In this document: positions 39,891 to 49,300 of the stretch, piece after piece
How the letters are laid out: the number at the start of each line of letters is the position of its first letter
How positions within the stretch are numbered: position 1 is the stretch's first letter
Virus record (IMG/VR): IMGVR_UViG_3300012348_000120
Source of the DNA: a virus
Taxonomy: Duplodnaviria > Heunggongvirae > Uroviricota > Caudoviricetes
Direction: 5' to 3' (one strand)
Length of the DNA: 64,000 nt
The notes under the pieces: generated by a model
Told to the model about the DNA's origin: nothing
The model's input: the letters and a program-made list of their open reading frames with translations, nothing else
Database searches by the model: none
Made by a program: the position numbers and the translations under genes

Positions 39891-41327
39891 TCAAAATTCA
39901 AACAGGTTGTCAACTTCTTTGATTTCAGTTTTTTCCACTTCATCAAATATTTCATCTTCTGGTGTTGCAAACTCTATTCTTGCTTTTGCAATCTCCATAT
40001 AGTCAGGATCAAGTTCAATCCCAACAAACTTAAAACCTTCCAACATCGCGCCCTTACCAGTTGAGCCAGACCCCATAAATGGATCAAGGACAGTTCCATT
40101 TTTCGGAGTAACCATGCGAACCAAATAACGCATTAGGTCTGTTGGTTTCACAGTTGGATGGTTATTCTTCTTGGTTGGTGGATTGACCCAATCCTTTTCT
40201 TCGCATAGACAAGTATGCGCTTCAAGAGAAGAAGCACCACATTTAGAACATACTCTGCGAATGCCATTACCTTTTCCGCCAACCGATTTTGCCTCAAACG
40301 CATCCAATCCTTCATTTCGATCTTTCTTGGATGTTTTGGCGCAATAGAAGAAACGAGCGGCAGAACCATCATCTTTGTAACTATCCCAAGCTACTCTATT
40401 ATACTCGCCATAGCAGTTGGTGTTTTCATCACCAGTCTTGCTTTTCTCTTTTCCAGACACACTACCGCCAGCCTTTGTGTTTGGAAATAGTGAAACAACT
40501 TCTTCACTGCCATCATGAATTAGATTTGCTGGAAATCTTCCCTTGGCAGATGATGCAACTTCTTCACCAGCATATCCACCTTCGTATACATTCTTTGCCA
40601 TATTTCCAGTTTTCCATGATCCATTTCCACCAAGACGTGGGTCATCTACTTCTGGATTTGTATCGACACGGCAATCATCAATGTTGATGCCACCAGTTCC
40701 ATACTTCAATACATTAGCGGCAACAGTTTTTTCTTCTAATGGTTTTCTTGCAACAGTGATTGGTTCCAGTGCTGGTTTGAGTGCAGTCCCCCAACCTTCC
40801 CATTGCTTGGCTTCATCGGTCGCTGGTTCAAACTCATAATGATAATCATTTGCATTTTCTGCTTCCATCCAAGGGCGTGACCATCCTTCATTTTTGTTCT
40901 CGCCAGCAAGATGACCTTTAGTTTCTCTGTCTGCAAAATCTTCGTGTCCAGCTTTTACGCCACGTTTGACAGTGCGTTCAGCGCCAGCAGCTTTATCAAT
41001 TGCTTTGCTTACATCCATGGATTTTGGGAATCCACTTCCATAAACCCAAGCGATCATATCACGAATTTCAAAGCCCGCATCTTCAATACGAACTGCCATA
41101 CGATGTTGAGTGCGAGTGCCAGCAAATGCAAGCAAATACCCGCCAGGTTTCAATACTCGCAAACATTCTTCCCAAATCTCCTGAGATGGAACATCGTAAT
41201 CCCATTTCTTTCCCATAAAGGAAAGTCCATATGGTGGATCGGTTACGATACTGTCTACACTATTGTCTGGAAGTGTTTTTAGCACATCAAGACAGTTTCC
41301 GTTATGTAATGTATAGTTATTTTCCAT
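39891..41327 (-). CDS. N6-adenine/N4-cytosine DNA methyltransferase (beta-class motif order)
   Basis: TDPPY early; HPTVKP and LDPFMGSGST late; start taken at MENNY. Confidence 0.92.
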   Translation of the reverse strand: MENNYTLHNGNCLDVLKTLPDNSVDSIVTDPPYGLSFMGKKWDYDVPSQEIWEECLRVLKPGGYLLAFAGTRTQHRMAVRIEDAGFEIRDMIAWVYGSGFPKSMDVSKAIDKAAGAERTVKRGVKAGHEDFADRETKGHLAGENKNEGWSRPWMEAENANDYHYEFEPATDEAKQWEGWGTALKPALEPITVARKPLEEKTVAANVLKYGTGGINIDDCRVDTNPEVDDPRLGGNGSWKTGNMAKNVYEGGYAGEEVASSAKGRFPANLIHDGSEEVVSLFPNTKAGGSVSGKEKSKTGDENTNCYGEYNRVAWDSYKDDGSAARFFYCAKTSKKDRNEGLDAFEAKSVGGKGNGIRRVCSKCGASSLEAHTCLCEEKDWVNPPTKKNNHPTVKPTDLMRYLVRMVTPKNGTVLDPFMGSGSTGKGAMLEGFKFVGIELDPDYMEIAKARIEFATPEDEIFDEVEKTEIKEVDNLFEF

Positions 41328-41328
41328 T

Positions 41329-44070
41329 TTAAAACTCAAATAGATTATCAAATGTTTCAGAGTTATTAGTATCGTTCAAGTCCCAGTTCAAAACACCAAT
41401 AAGGTTATTGATCTTTTTAGTGATGATAGTGAATTCCATTTCGTTATTATCGAATGGCAACTCTTGAAACCAAGTTGGTAGTTTCAATTCATCAATCGGA
41501 TAAGCAATACTTGTAATTCCCATAGGATTGGACCGTAGCTTACATACAATGGTTTTCATCCCATCAGTAATTTCCATACTGTAATTGTCGCTGTTCATTC
41601 TACGAAGTCGGTTCCAGTTGATTGCCGCCAGCGCATGACCAACTGCACACTTGCCAGTTTTCTCAAATATCTTGGTGTGATTGGTCAGATTGTTTACTCG
41701 CTTAGGCGTTCCTTTTTGCCAAGGCGGCATTTTGCGAAACTCTTTCTTGAAGTCTTTGATCATCTGAATAACTTCTTTCTGTTCAGCATCAGTAAGAAGT
41801 TTCATAAGAACATCCTTCAAGAACTCCTGCATATAATCTGGAGTATCAGAACGTTTCAAGTCAAGGCCCATCGCTTTGACTTTTCCTGGTAGCCCATTTA
41901 TATCTCGGCGGGTTCCATCATCATCAAAGATGAGCATTGCATAGCGTTTTTTCTTGATGAACAATCCAGCAGTAGCGGCGTTTTCTCGCCCTGCACGAAT
42001 GATTTCACCTTGCTTGCGTGGAACATGGAAGAACGACTTCATAAAGTCTGGGAAACTTTCGTTGACTTGTTTTGCGATTTCGTCATACAACTCCATCACA
42101 ATCTCTTTACTCCATGCAATCTCGCCACTATCAATTCTGTCTTTGTATACTGGATACATAGAGAAATAGATAGAGTCAGTGTCGCCATAGATAATAGAAT
42201 CACCCTTGTAGTCATACGATCCAGCGATTACTTCATTGGTTTTACTGCCCATATGCCGTGTAATACAACGCCCAGTAAGAGTCGTTGACTGACCAATGCG
42301 TTTGTCATAGAAGCGGCAACCCGGATTTAGAATAGCACCGTAAAGAGAGTTCAAGTTGATCTTCTTCACCAACTGACGTTTATCCCAGAATGCAACTTCT
42401 TTACCTTGCCCAGAGTCACGTGCTTCTTTCATCTTGGCCTGAAGTTGCTTACGCTCACTATACCAACGTTCCAACAAACTTGGAATAATACCCTGCACAT
42501 CTTGTCTGAATACAGTTCCGTTTGCAGACAACGCCCAATTTAGTTCAGATGTGTTGAAAATCAGATCATAAACTTCTGCTCCTGTAAGAGTAGAACTACT
42601 TCCGTCTTCCATATCAAGAACTAATGGAACAACTTTGTCTCTTTCATTTACATAACGAAACTCTTCTGATGAGAACGTATCTTCCCATGCTTGCGGCGCA
42701 CCAAAACTTTTACCTACTGTCCGCTTACCTTCAAGAATTCGGTTAGTAATAAGTTCTTCTGTGTATGTTTGTCGTAGTTGCGCCATGATAGTTTCAGGCG
42801 ACATATTCAACGACCGAAGAACAGATGGGTATAGAGAGTTCAAGTCAATACCAGAAATCCATCGTTGAATCCCAGTCTTTGGCTGTGCAACGAATGCACC
42901 AGCCGCACGTTCCTTAGCAAGAAACTCTGCCAGTTCGTCGTCATCCATATCTGCGGGATCATCGGCGTCTTCTTCGTCCCAGTCTCTTGCTTTGCGATCA
43001 GGAACATGCATATCACGGCGATGTGCTTCATTGATAATAGCCTGTTCTGTAACTGCAACTGCACCCATCGTAGTTTTGATGAGAACTGTGTTGTCGTGTG
43101 CAATTTCATTGGCCAAGTCAATGAACCGAAGTTTCTTGTCCAAGTCAGCAATAAGCATAACGTCTTCGCGGTTATACTCAATGAACTTGTAGAAGTCTTC
43201 GTTATAGAGTTGGTCAAGAGTGCCTTCGTAAGCAACCTTTTTACGACCGAGTTCATATTCTGAAATCGCATCCAATGAGTAGGAATGCATTTCATGGTAT
43301 GTATACTTACGATATAGTTCAAGATAGTCCAAGTGAACCCGACCTACTAATTCGTAAGTGAGTTGATCCTTGCCGTATTTCTTAACATACTTCTCTTTTG
43401 GTTGCACATCCCAAAGGCATAGTCGCTTGATGTATTCTTTTCCAAGGACTTGGATAATTCTACGAACCGTGTATGGAATATCATAGCCTTCTGAGTTCCA
43501 ACCGCTGATAATGTCTGCATCATCAACGAGAGACAGAAAGTCACGTAGCATTTCTTTTTCGCTACGATACCATTTAGTGTTGTCAAACCGTGAACAGATT
43601 TTCTCTGCTTCTTCGTCGGACAAGCCCTTTGGCGGAATAGCCAACGTGATCAACTCTTGCATCCAGTCAAGGTAAACTGTGATGGCAGTGATTGGCATAA
43701 ATGCTTCTTCGGTGGATGAGAACCCACGCTCTTTGTCAAAGTCAACTTCGATGTCGTAAAAAGCAGTATGAAGAACAGGAGAATCAACTCCATTGTAGTT
43801 CAATGAAAGACACTGATTTTCTGGCTTGATGTCGCTCTCAAACAGCTTTTTTCCAGAGTTAATTTTCAGTTCTTTGTGAAAGTCTTTTGTAGTCTTGCAT
43901 CGGATTTGGCGAATCTTATCGCCAAAAATACTGCGATGCTGGCCGTTTTGATCCTTTACATAAAATGTTCTAATAGCGGGGTAATCTTTATATACCCGCT
44001 TTCCATTTGACCGTTCAACCACACGAACTAAGTCGTGCTTTTTGTCGTAATATGCATCAACGTATGACAA
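41329..44070 (-). CDS. family B DNA polymerase (gp43-like)
   Basis: Exo DIE; DLNSLYPS, KINLNSLYG, YGDTDS, KKRY; TTG start with AGGAG. Confidence 0.97.
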   Translation of the reverse strand: MSYVDAYYDKKHDLVRVVERSNGKRVYKDYPAIRTFYVKDQNGQHRSIFGDKIRQIRCKTTKDFHKELKINSGKKLFESDIKPENQCLSLNYNGVDSPVLHTAFYDIEVDFDKERGFSSTEEAFMPITAITVYLDWMQELITLAIPPKGLSDEEAEKICSRFDNTKWYRSEKEMLRDFLSLVDDADIISGWNSEGYDIPYTVRRIIQVLGKEYIKRLCLWDVQPKEKYVKKYGKDQLTYELVGRVHLDYLELYRKYTYHEMHSYSLDAISEYELGRKKVAYEGTLDQLYNEDFYKFIEYNREDVMLIADLDKKLRFIDLANEIAHDNTVLIKTTMGAVAVTEQAIINEAHRRDMHVPDRKARDWDEEDADDPADMDDDELAEFLAKERAAGAFVAQPKTGIQRWISGIDLNSLYPSVLRSLNMSPETIMAQLRQTYTEELITNRILEGKRTVGKSFGAPQAWEDTFSSEEFRYVNERDKVVPLVLDMEDGSSSTLTGAEVYDLIFNTSELNWALSANGTVFRQDVQGIIPSLLERWYSERKQLQAKMKEARDSGQGKEVAFWDKRQLVKKINLNSLYGAILNPGCRFYDKRIGQSTTLTGRCITRHMGSKTNEVIAGSYDYKGDSIIYGDTDSIYFSMYPVYKDRIDSGEIAWSKEIVMELYDEIAKQVNESFPDFMKSFFHVPRKQGEIIRAGRENAATAGLFIKKKRYAMLIFDDDGTRRDINGLPGKVKAMGLDLKRSDTPDYMQEFLKDVLMKLLTDAEQKEVIQMIKDFKKEFRKMPPWQKGTPKRVNNLTNHTKIFEKTGKCAVGHALAAINWNRLRRMNSDNYSMEITDGMKTIVCKLRSNPMGITSIAYPIDELKLPTWFQELPFDNNEMEFTIITKKINNLIGVLNWDLNDTNNSETFDNLFEF

Positions 44071-44107
44071 AACGTCTCCTTAAAATATTAATGGTATTCA
44101 AGGCAAA

Positions 44108-44344
44108 TTATGCCTTGAATACATACAGCATTGTTTCTGGAATATCATTTATTACGATAAGTTCATTCGGATACCGAAGATAGTCAGACTTCTTACCTAT
44201 CGGTTGAACCCTGACCATCTTCTCTCCTTGTGAGACAATGGTGCACACGTCTATTTCCCGTGTGCCAGTAGCAGCAACCACTACTGTGTCATTGCCCAGT
44301 TCTCTACCAAACCTATCCTTATGGATAATAGGCTGTCTAACCAT
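44108..44344 (-). CDS. hypothetical protein
   Basis: 78 aa, TAATG-coupled. Confidence 0.7.
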   Translation of the reverse strand: MVRQPIIHKDRFGRELGNDTVVVAATGTREIDVCTIVSQGEKMVRVQPIGKKSDYLRYPNELIVINDIPETMLYVFKA

Positions 44345-44601
44345 TAGCCTCGGCCAACAGTTTTCAGGATAGTTTCCACGTCTTCAAAGTCTTGCTTGGC
44401 TTCGGTGAGACGTGCCTTGTGAGCAATACTGATTGCTTTGTTGATAAGAGAAGGTTTAATGTCCAGTTCTTCGGCAATCGCTTTGACTGTATCTTTCAGA
44501 CCACCTTTAAGGTCTTCAATCTCCTGAAGGACAGAACATCCTTCATCTACGAGTTGGGTTAGTTTTGCTTTTTCTTCGGACGTGATTGTATCTAGTGACA
44601 T
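44344..44601 (-). CDS. DsbA-like double-stranded DNA-binding protein
   Basis: Helical LKDTVKAIAEELDIKPSLINKAI pattern; start at MSLD after GAGG. Confidence 0.6.
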   Translation of the reverse strand: MSLDTITSEEKAKLTQLVDEGCSVLQEIEDLKGGLKDTVKAIAEELDIKPSLINKAISIAHKARLTEAKQDFEDVETILKTVGRG

Positions 44602-44688
44602 GTTTTTCCTCTGTGAATAAAAAAGGGAACCTCTGAATAGAAGTTCCCTTGAATATAACACACCAAGGTGTCAGAGTCAATCGTTATT

Positions 44689-46077
44689 TTACCATTTTCT
44701 GCATGACCAATAACGTGCTTTTGTTCTTGGACCTGGGTTGTCGCAGTTGTGTCTTGCTCTAAATGACTTTCTGCGTTCTGGATTTGACTTCTTGATTTTC
44801 ATATCTGGGTCGCCAAAGTTTACTTTTTTTACATTACCTGTGCTTGGGTCTTTGACATAAACCTTGAACTTTTTTACATCGCCACGCATTGGTTTGCCAA
44901 GTGGGACGTTTCTTCCTTGGTATTCTGCTTCGTCTAATTGCTCGTCTTCGTTGAACCATAGAACGCCATATGCCTCAAAGAACTCATCGCCTTCGTATGT
45001 TTCTTCAACACTTTCGGTTCTTGATGGAAAACGAGATTGAATTCCCTGATTTCCACCTGACAATTTATCCATAAAGTCTTTGCCTTTATTCATCGCAGTG
45101 TTTACTTTACTTGCGCCTGAACTCGCCATACCACTCGCTGTTTTGACTGCGTTTATAGCGGATGGCGATGTCGCAGCTTTTACTGCGCCTTTTATTACTG
45201 GCTTTGCCGCTCTCGCTGCACCAGCAATTCCCGCTACTCCTGCTCTTGCTGCACCCATAGCTGCTGCACCCGCTGCGCCTAATGCTGGTAGAAACTCTTT
45301 TAGGTTTTCATTCTTTGATTTTATAGAATCAAGTTTTTCTTGATAATGATCTGCCATCATTCTGTGGTGACGTTGTGTGATAGGGTCTTTCACCATCTTT
45401 GCTTTTTTAAGCCTGTCATCAATCATCATTTGTAGACGGCTGATACGATGTGAGGTATTGCCTTCCTCTATTTTACTTTCTGGAACGCAGTTCGGGACTT
45501 CTTTACTGCCTTTTTTTTTAGTTCCAACCATCTTGTAGCCAGACCAGCAAGGGTCTTTTGCGCCACCCTTCATCTTACCAGCTTCTTTTATCTTTGATTC
45601 ACCAATAGTATCATCATCGCCCATTGGACTATTCATTACTGCATTGTAGTCGTCCATTTCATTGTCTGAAGGCATTTCATCGCCCATCGGCAAATCCATC
45701 TGCATTCCTGCACCCATAGGATCATTTAGTTGTTCAACGTCACCACCTAAATCATCTCCCATCTCGCCGCCAAGTCCAAGTGGGTCTCCACCCATGTCAC
45801 CAAGTCCACCCATCTCGTCGCCCATCGCTGGTTCGCTTGGTTGCGCGTCAAGATCAAGAGTATACATACGTGCCATTAGAGCGTCAGACATACGCTGGTA
45901 TGCAGCATACGCACTGTTGTGCATTTTTGAGAATTGCAATGATAGATCATGAACTGCGTCTCTTGCATTCTTGCCGCTTTGAATTTCAGATGCAAGTTGT
46001 TCAGTTGTGCGATTTAGATAATCTTCGAACTCATCATTGGAGATTACAAAATTTTCAAAAAGTTGTCTAAGTTTCAT
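44689..46077 (-). CDS. probable head-packaged multi-module protein
   Basis: MKLRQLFE start, CWxGY...VPNCV module, RARHNC...YWSCRKW C-terminus, low-complexity linkers. Confidence 0.65.
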   Translation of the reverse strand: MKLRQLFENFVISNDEFEDYLNRTTEQLASEIQSGKNARDAVHDLSLQFSKMHNSAYAAYQRMSDALMARMYTLDLDAQPSEPAMGDEMGGLGDMGGDPLGLGGEMGDDLGGDVEQLNDPMGAGMQMDLPMGDEMPSDNEMDDYNAVMNSPMGDDDTIGESKIKEAGKMKGGAKDPCWSGYKMVGTKKKGSKEVPNCVPESKIEEGNTSHRISRLQMMIDDRLKKAKMVKDPITQRHHRMMADHYQEKLDSIKSKNENLKEFLPALGAAGAAAMGAARAGVAGIAGAARAAKPVIKGAVKAATSPSAINAVKTASGMASSGASKVNTAMNKGKDFMDKLSGGNQGIQSRFPSRTESVEETYEGDEFFEAYGVLWFNEDEQLDEAEYQGRNVPLGKPMRGDVKKFKVYVKDPSTGNVKKVNFGDPDMKIKKSNPERRKSFRARHNCDNPGPRTKARYWSCRKW

Positions 46078-46083
46078 TTTACA

Positions 46084-46299
46084 TTACCTTCTTATCATTG
46101 GTGCTTTGACAGGGTTAGTATAACTCAGATTACCTACATCGGCACTGTAACCCATCGTGTTTTTCTTTTTAGATTCAGTCTTTGCTTTTCCATAAACAGA
46201 ACGTTTAGCATCAGCTTTTTTTGTCCCAGGCGTCATCGGCATCGCAACTGACGCGAATGATCCAGAAAAGTTCTCGCTTATGATCTCTGAAATCTTCAT
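46084..46299 (-). CDS. small probable internal head protein
   Basis: MKISEIISE start, basic; ATAAATA upstream. Confidence 0.6.
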   Translation of the reverse strand: MKISEIISENFSGSFASVAMPMTPGTKKADAKRSVYGKAKTESKKKNTMGYSADVGNLSYTNPVKAPMIRR

Positions 46300-46315
46300 A
46301 TTAGTATTTATCCTT

Positions 46316-49300
46316 TTATGCTACTTTGGTATTTAGGTTTCTACCGAATTCAAGTTTACGTTTAATGCTACTCAACACCTCAAAGAAAAGTTCTTTGACA
46401 GTATTAAGATTATCAAAGAAGCTAAAAAATGTTAAGCCAGGAACTTTTTCTGTTGCTACATTCATTACAGTAGTAATCAATCCACCAAACTGATCGGCAA
46501 AGTCAGACTTTACAATATTTGTTAGTATGGTTTTAACGCTATTTAAGTTTTGAACCATATACTTTGAAAAAGCATAAACTCCAAGGCTTCCTAAAAATCC
46601 AATTATGCCACCACGCTTTAATATTGATGCTGCAAATGTCACAATATTTTGAACCATATCTTTCAATGTGGCTATAACTGTTTCATTCTTGACTAATGCG
46701 ATTGCAGATGCCAGAACATTATTCAGTTGTTTTATCATTCCTCTTGCAGATTTTACCATCTGAGTGTATGCTGTTTGAAAGTATGTTTCATCTGTAAGAA
46801 CATCTTTGATTAAAATAGCAGCATCTTTCATAGTAAGAATCGTATTTGACAAGTCATCAATCGTATTTTGTGCTTTACTTCCTAACCACTTAGTTACGGA
46901 ATCCAGCATCGCTTCTTTCAATTGTGCTTCAGTAAGCATCTTGCGATCAGTAGTTCCATACATTTCTCTGAGTTTGGATACTGGTTTTCCGTCTTTTGAT
47001 ACTTTATTTCCAAACTTTGCAGCTTGCTTTTTAATTTCATTTGGTCCAACATCAATAGTAGTGTTGACTCCCTTTACGATTTTACCGACACCAGCGGTTT
47101 CATGAATGTCTTTGAACGTTGTTTGTGGAAAGTTGATAAGCATACTCAATCCATCTTTCGCAGGAAGATTGATACGAAATGCAGTTATTTTATGAACCTT
47201 TGCATTTTTAGCGGCAAGCCAACGATGATGCCCATCCAACACATAATTGTCCGAACTGATGATGATTGGCTTATTCATCTTACCATTTGTCATTGCAGCT
47301 TCTACGCCTTTGTCACTGAACTCTGATTGAGTTGAACTTAGCTCTGCTGGATCAACAGTTTCTTTTTTTATCTTGCTACCTTTGTCGTAGATATAACGAA
47401 ACAAGTCTTCATAATGCTTTTCGTCAATCTGTGGCATATGGCGTCTTGGAACACCAAGAGTGTCCTCTGGTTTTGGCTTTACAATTTTCAGTTCGTTTAG
47501 ATCACCCTCACTATGAATTTCTGGGTGTTCTGATGATCCTCCAATATCTTTGTAAGTCGCACCAAATTTATCAAGCATTCGTTTTAGTCTATCAACCTGT
47601 TCTTGGTTCGCAAGTGTCACTATCATATCAGAATCGCCCTGACCAAATTCATGTGGGTCTTGTTGGTTCAGTCTTGCGAAGTGCTGACCAAGTTTATACC
47701 AATCCAAGTCTCCTTTGGTGTCAATTACCAAAGTGTTTGGTGGCATAGTAATCAAGTCGTGTTGGTATCCTGTTGCATCTGGTTCAATCGCATCTTCATG
47801 AAATGCAGCATCGGTTGCTTTTTTTGCTACTTCGCCGCTTGGATGTTTTGGATTTATGGTTACAACTTCTCCGTTCATCAACTCTGATATGTTGGCAGTC
47901 TTTCCGATAGTATCAAGTAGTTGATGCAGCTTATCATTTGCATCATATCCATTTGTCTCGTAGTTTGATTTGCCTCTTACCTCTGTTCTTTTTCCAGAGT
48001 CAGTATTCAATATGTGAAGAACGTATAGATCGTTGTCACGTTCAAGTTGTAGCTTGTATGATTCATTCACATAACTTGGAGTTACGTCTTTGACACGAGA
48101 TGAGGATATGATTCTTGTTGGTATGTATTTTTTACCAGCAATTCTATAAGCCTTGAATCTATGATGCCCATCTATTACTTGAAATCCATTTCCCACTCTT
48201 CTAACTAAGATGGGTGGAAGTTCTTTTCCAGACTTTACCGCTTTGAGTATATTTTTTAGATTGGCTGCATATTGTGGATCATCAAACTTGTCGTCAGGTT
48301 CCAATACAGTTATTTTTGATACTGGCAGAATAGTAGTTTTTTCTGGTTTCTTCTGATCGTCTTGAACCCAAGAACCCATTTCGTTTGGGTCAGTGCTAAT
48401 CTCTGCCTTTGTAATAGCTTCTCCAATAGAATCATTTACCGATTCCATTGAAGGAGTTTTTGCTGGAACCGCCAGTAGTTTACTGAATGTTTTCTTTGGC
48501 TTTTTTGGTAATACGGTTAGGTATTCTTTTCTTAGTTCTTCTCGTTTTGCATTCAGTTCTTCAATATATGATCTGAGTTTTTGCCGTGTTGCTTCATCGG
48601 TCACTGTATCTCGTTGATCCATATATTTGTTAATCAAGTCAGTGACGCTATTGATTTCATTCTTGATTTCAGCAACGTTTTCGTCTCTTTCATCATCATA
48701 GATTGGAGCATCACTGTAAAGTAGGTTGTCACCTTCAACATGGCTATACTTCTCCACGCCGTTTTCTTTGTATGCTGCGAACACTGTCACGCTTGGGTCT
48801 TTTGACAACGCAACCCATATCTTTCTTCCACCCGCTGACTGCATAGAGTCTGCCTGAAGGAACAGACCAGCCTTTGTAACCAAGTGGGCATAGAATTTTG
48901 GCATCAGTCCTTTGCCTTGTAGTGCGGGGTCAAGTGCCGCCGCATGAATAACACAAGGTGATTTTGACGAACTACGAGTCATATGAACTAACGCATGCAT
49001 ATTAGTTTCCTTGTCACATAATAGTGCGTTTAGTTCACGTCCGTCTTTATCTATAAAGACGCGAAACTTTCCCATTGGTTCTACTTCGGTATACTTACTG
49101 TAATATCTTTTGATTGGAAAGCCCCACATATAGGACTTCCAGTCTTTTGATACTTTTACTGTTTCAATTTCTTCGCCAAGTTTTTTTTGTATTTCGCCAG
49201 TTTCATCGTCAACGGAATATTGACTGCGGAAGAATTCACTTCCATCATCTGTCATATCGGACACAGAAATCTTTTTGTCTGGAAACTCTTTGAATAGGTC

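Noticed and set aside
41329-44070. Intein or intron in the DNA polymerase (also checked thyA)
   Set aside because: The lengths are normal, the motifs are contiguous and there are no splice-junction signatures.
45100-45830. Gly/Met/Asp- and Ala/Gly-rich repeats as a DNA repeat array
   Set aside because: They are low-complexity protein linkers. No CRISPR-like repeat-spacer array was seen anywhere in the window.
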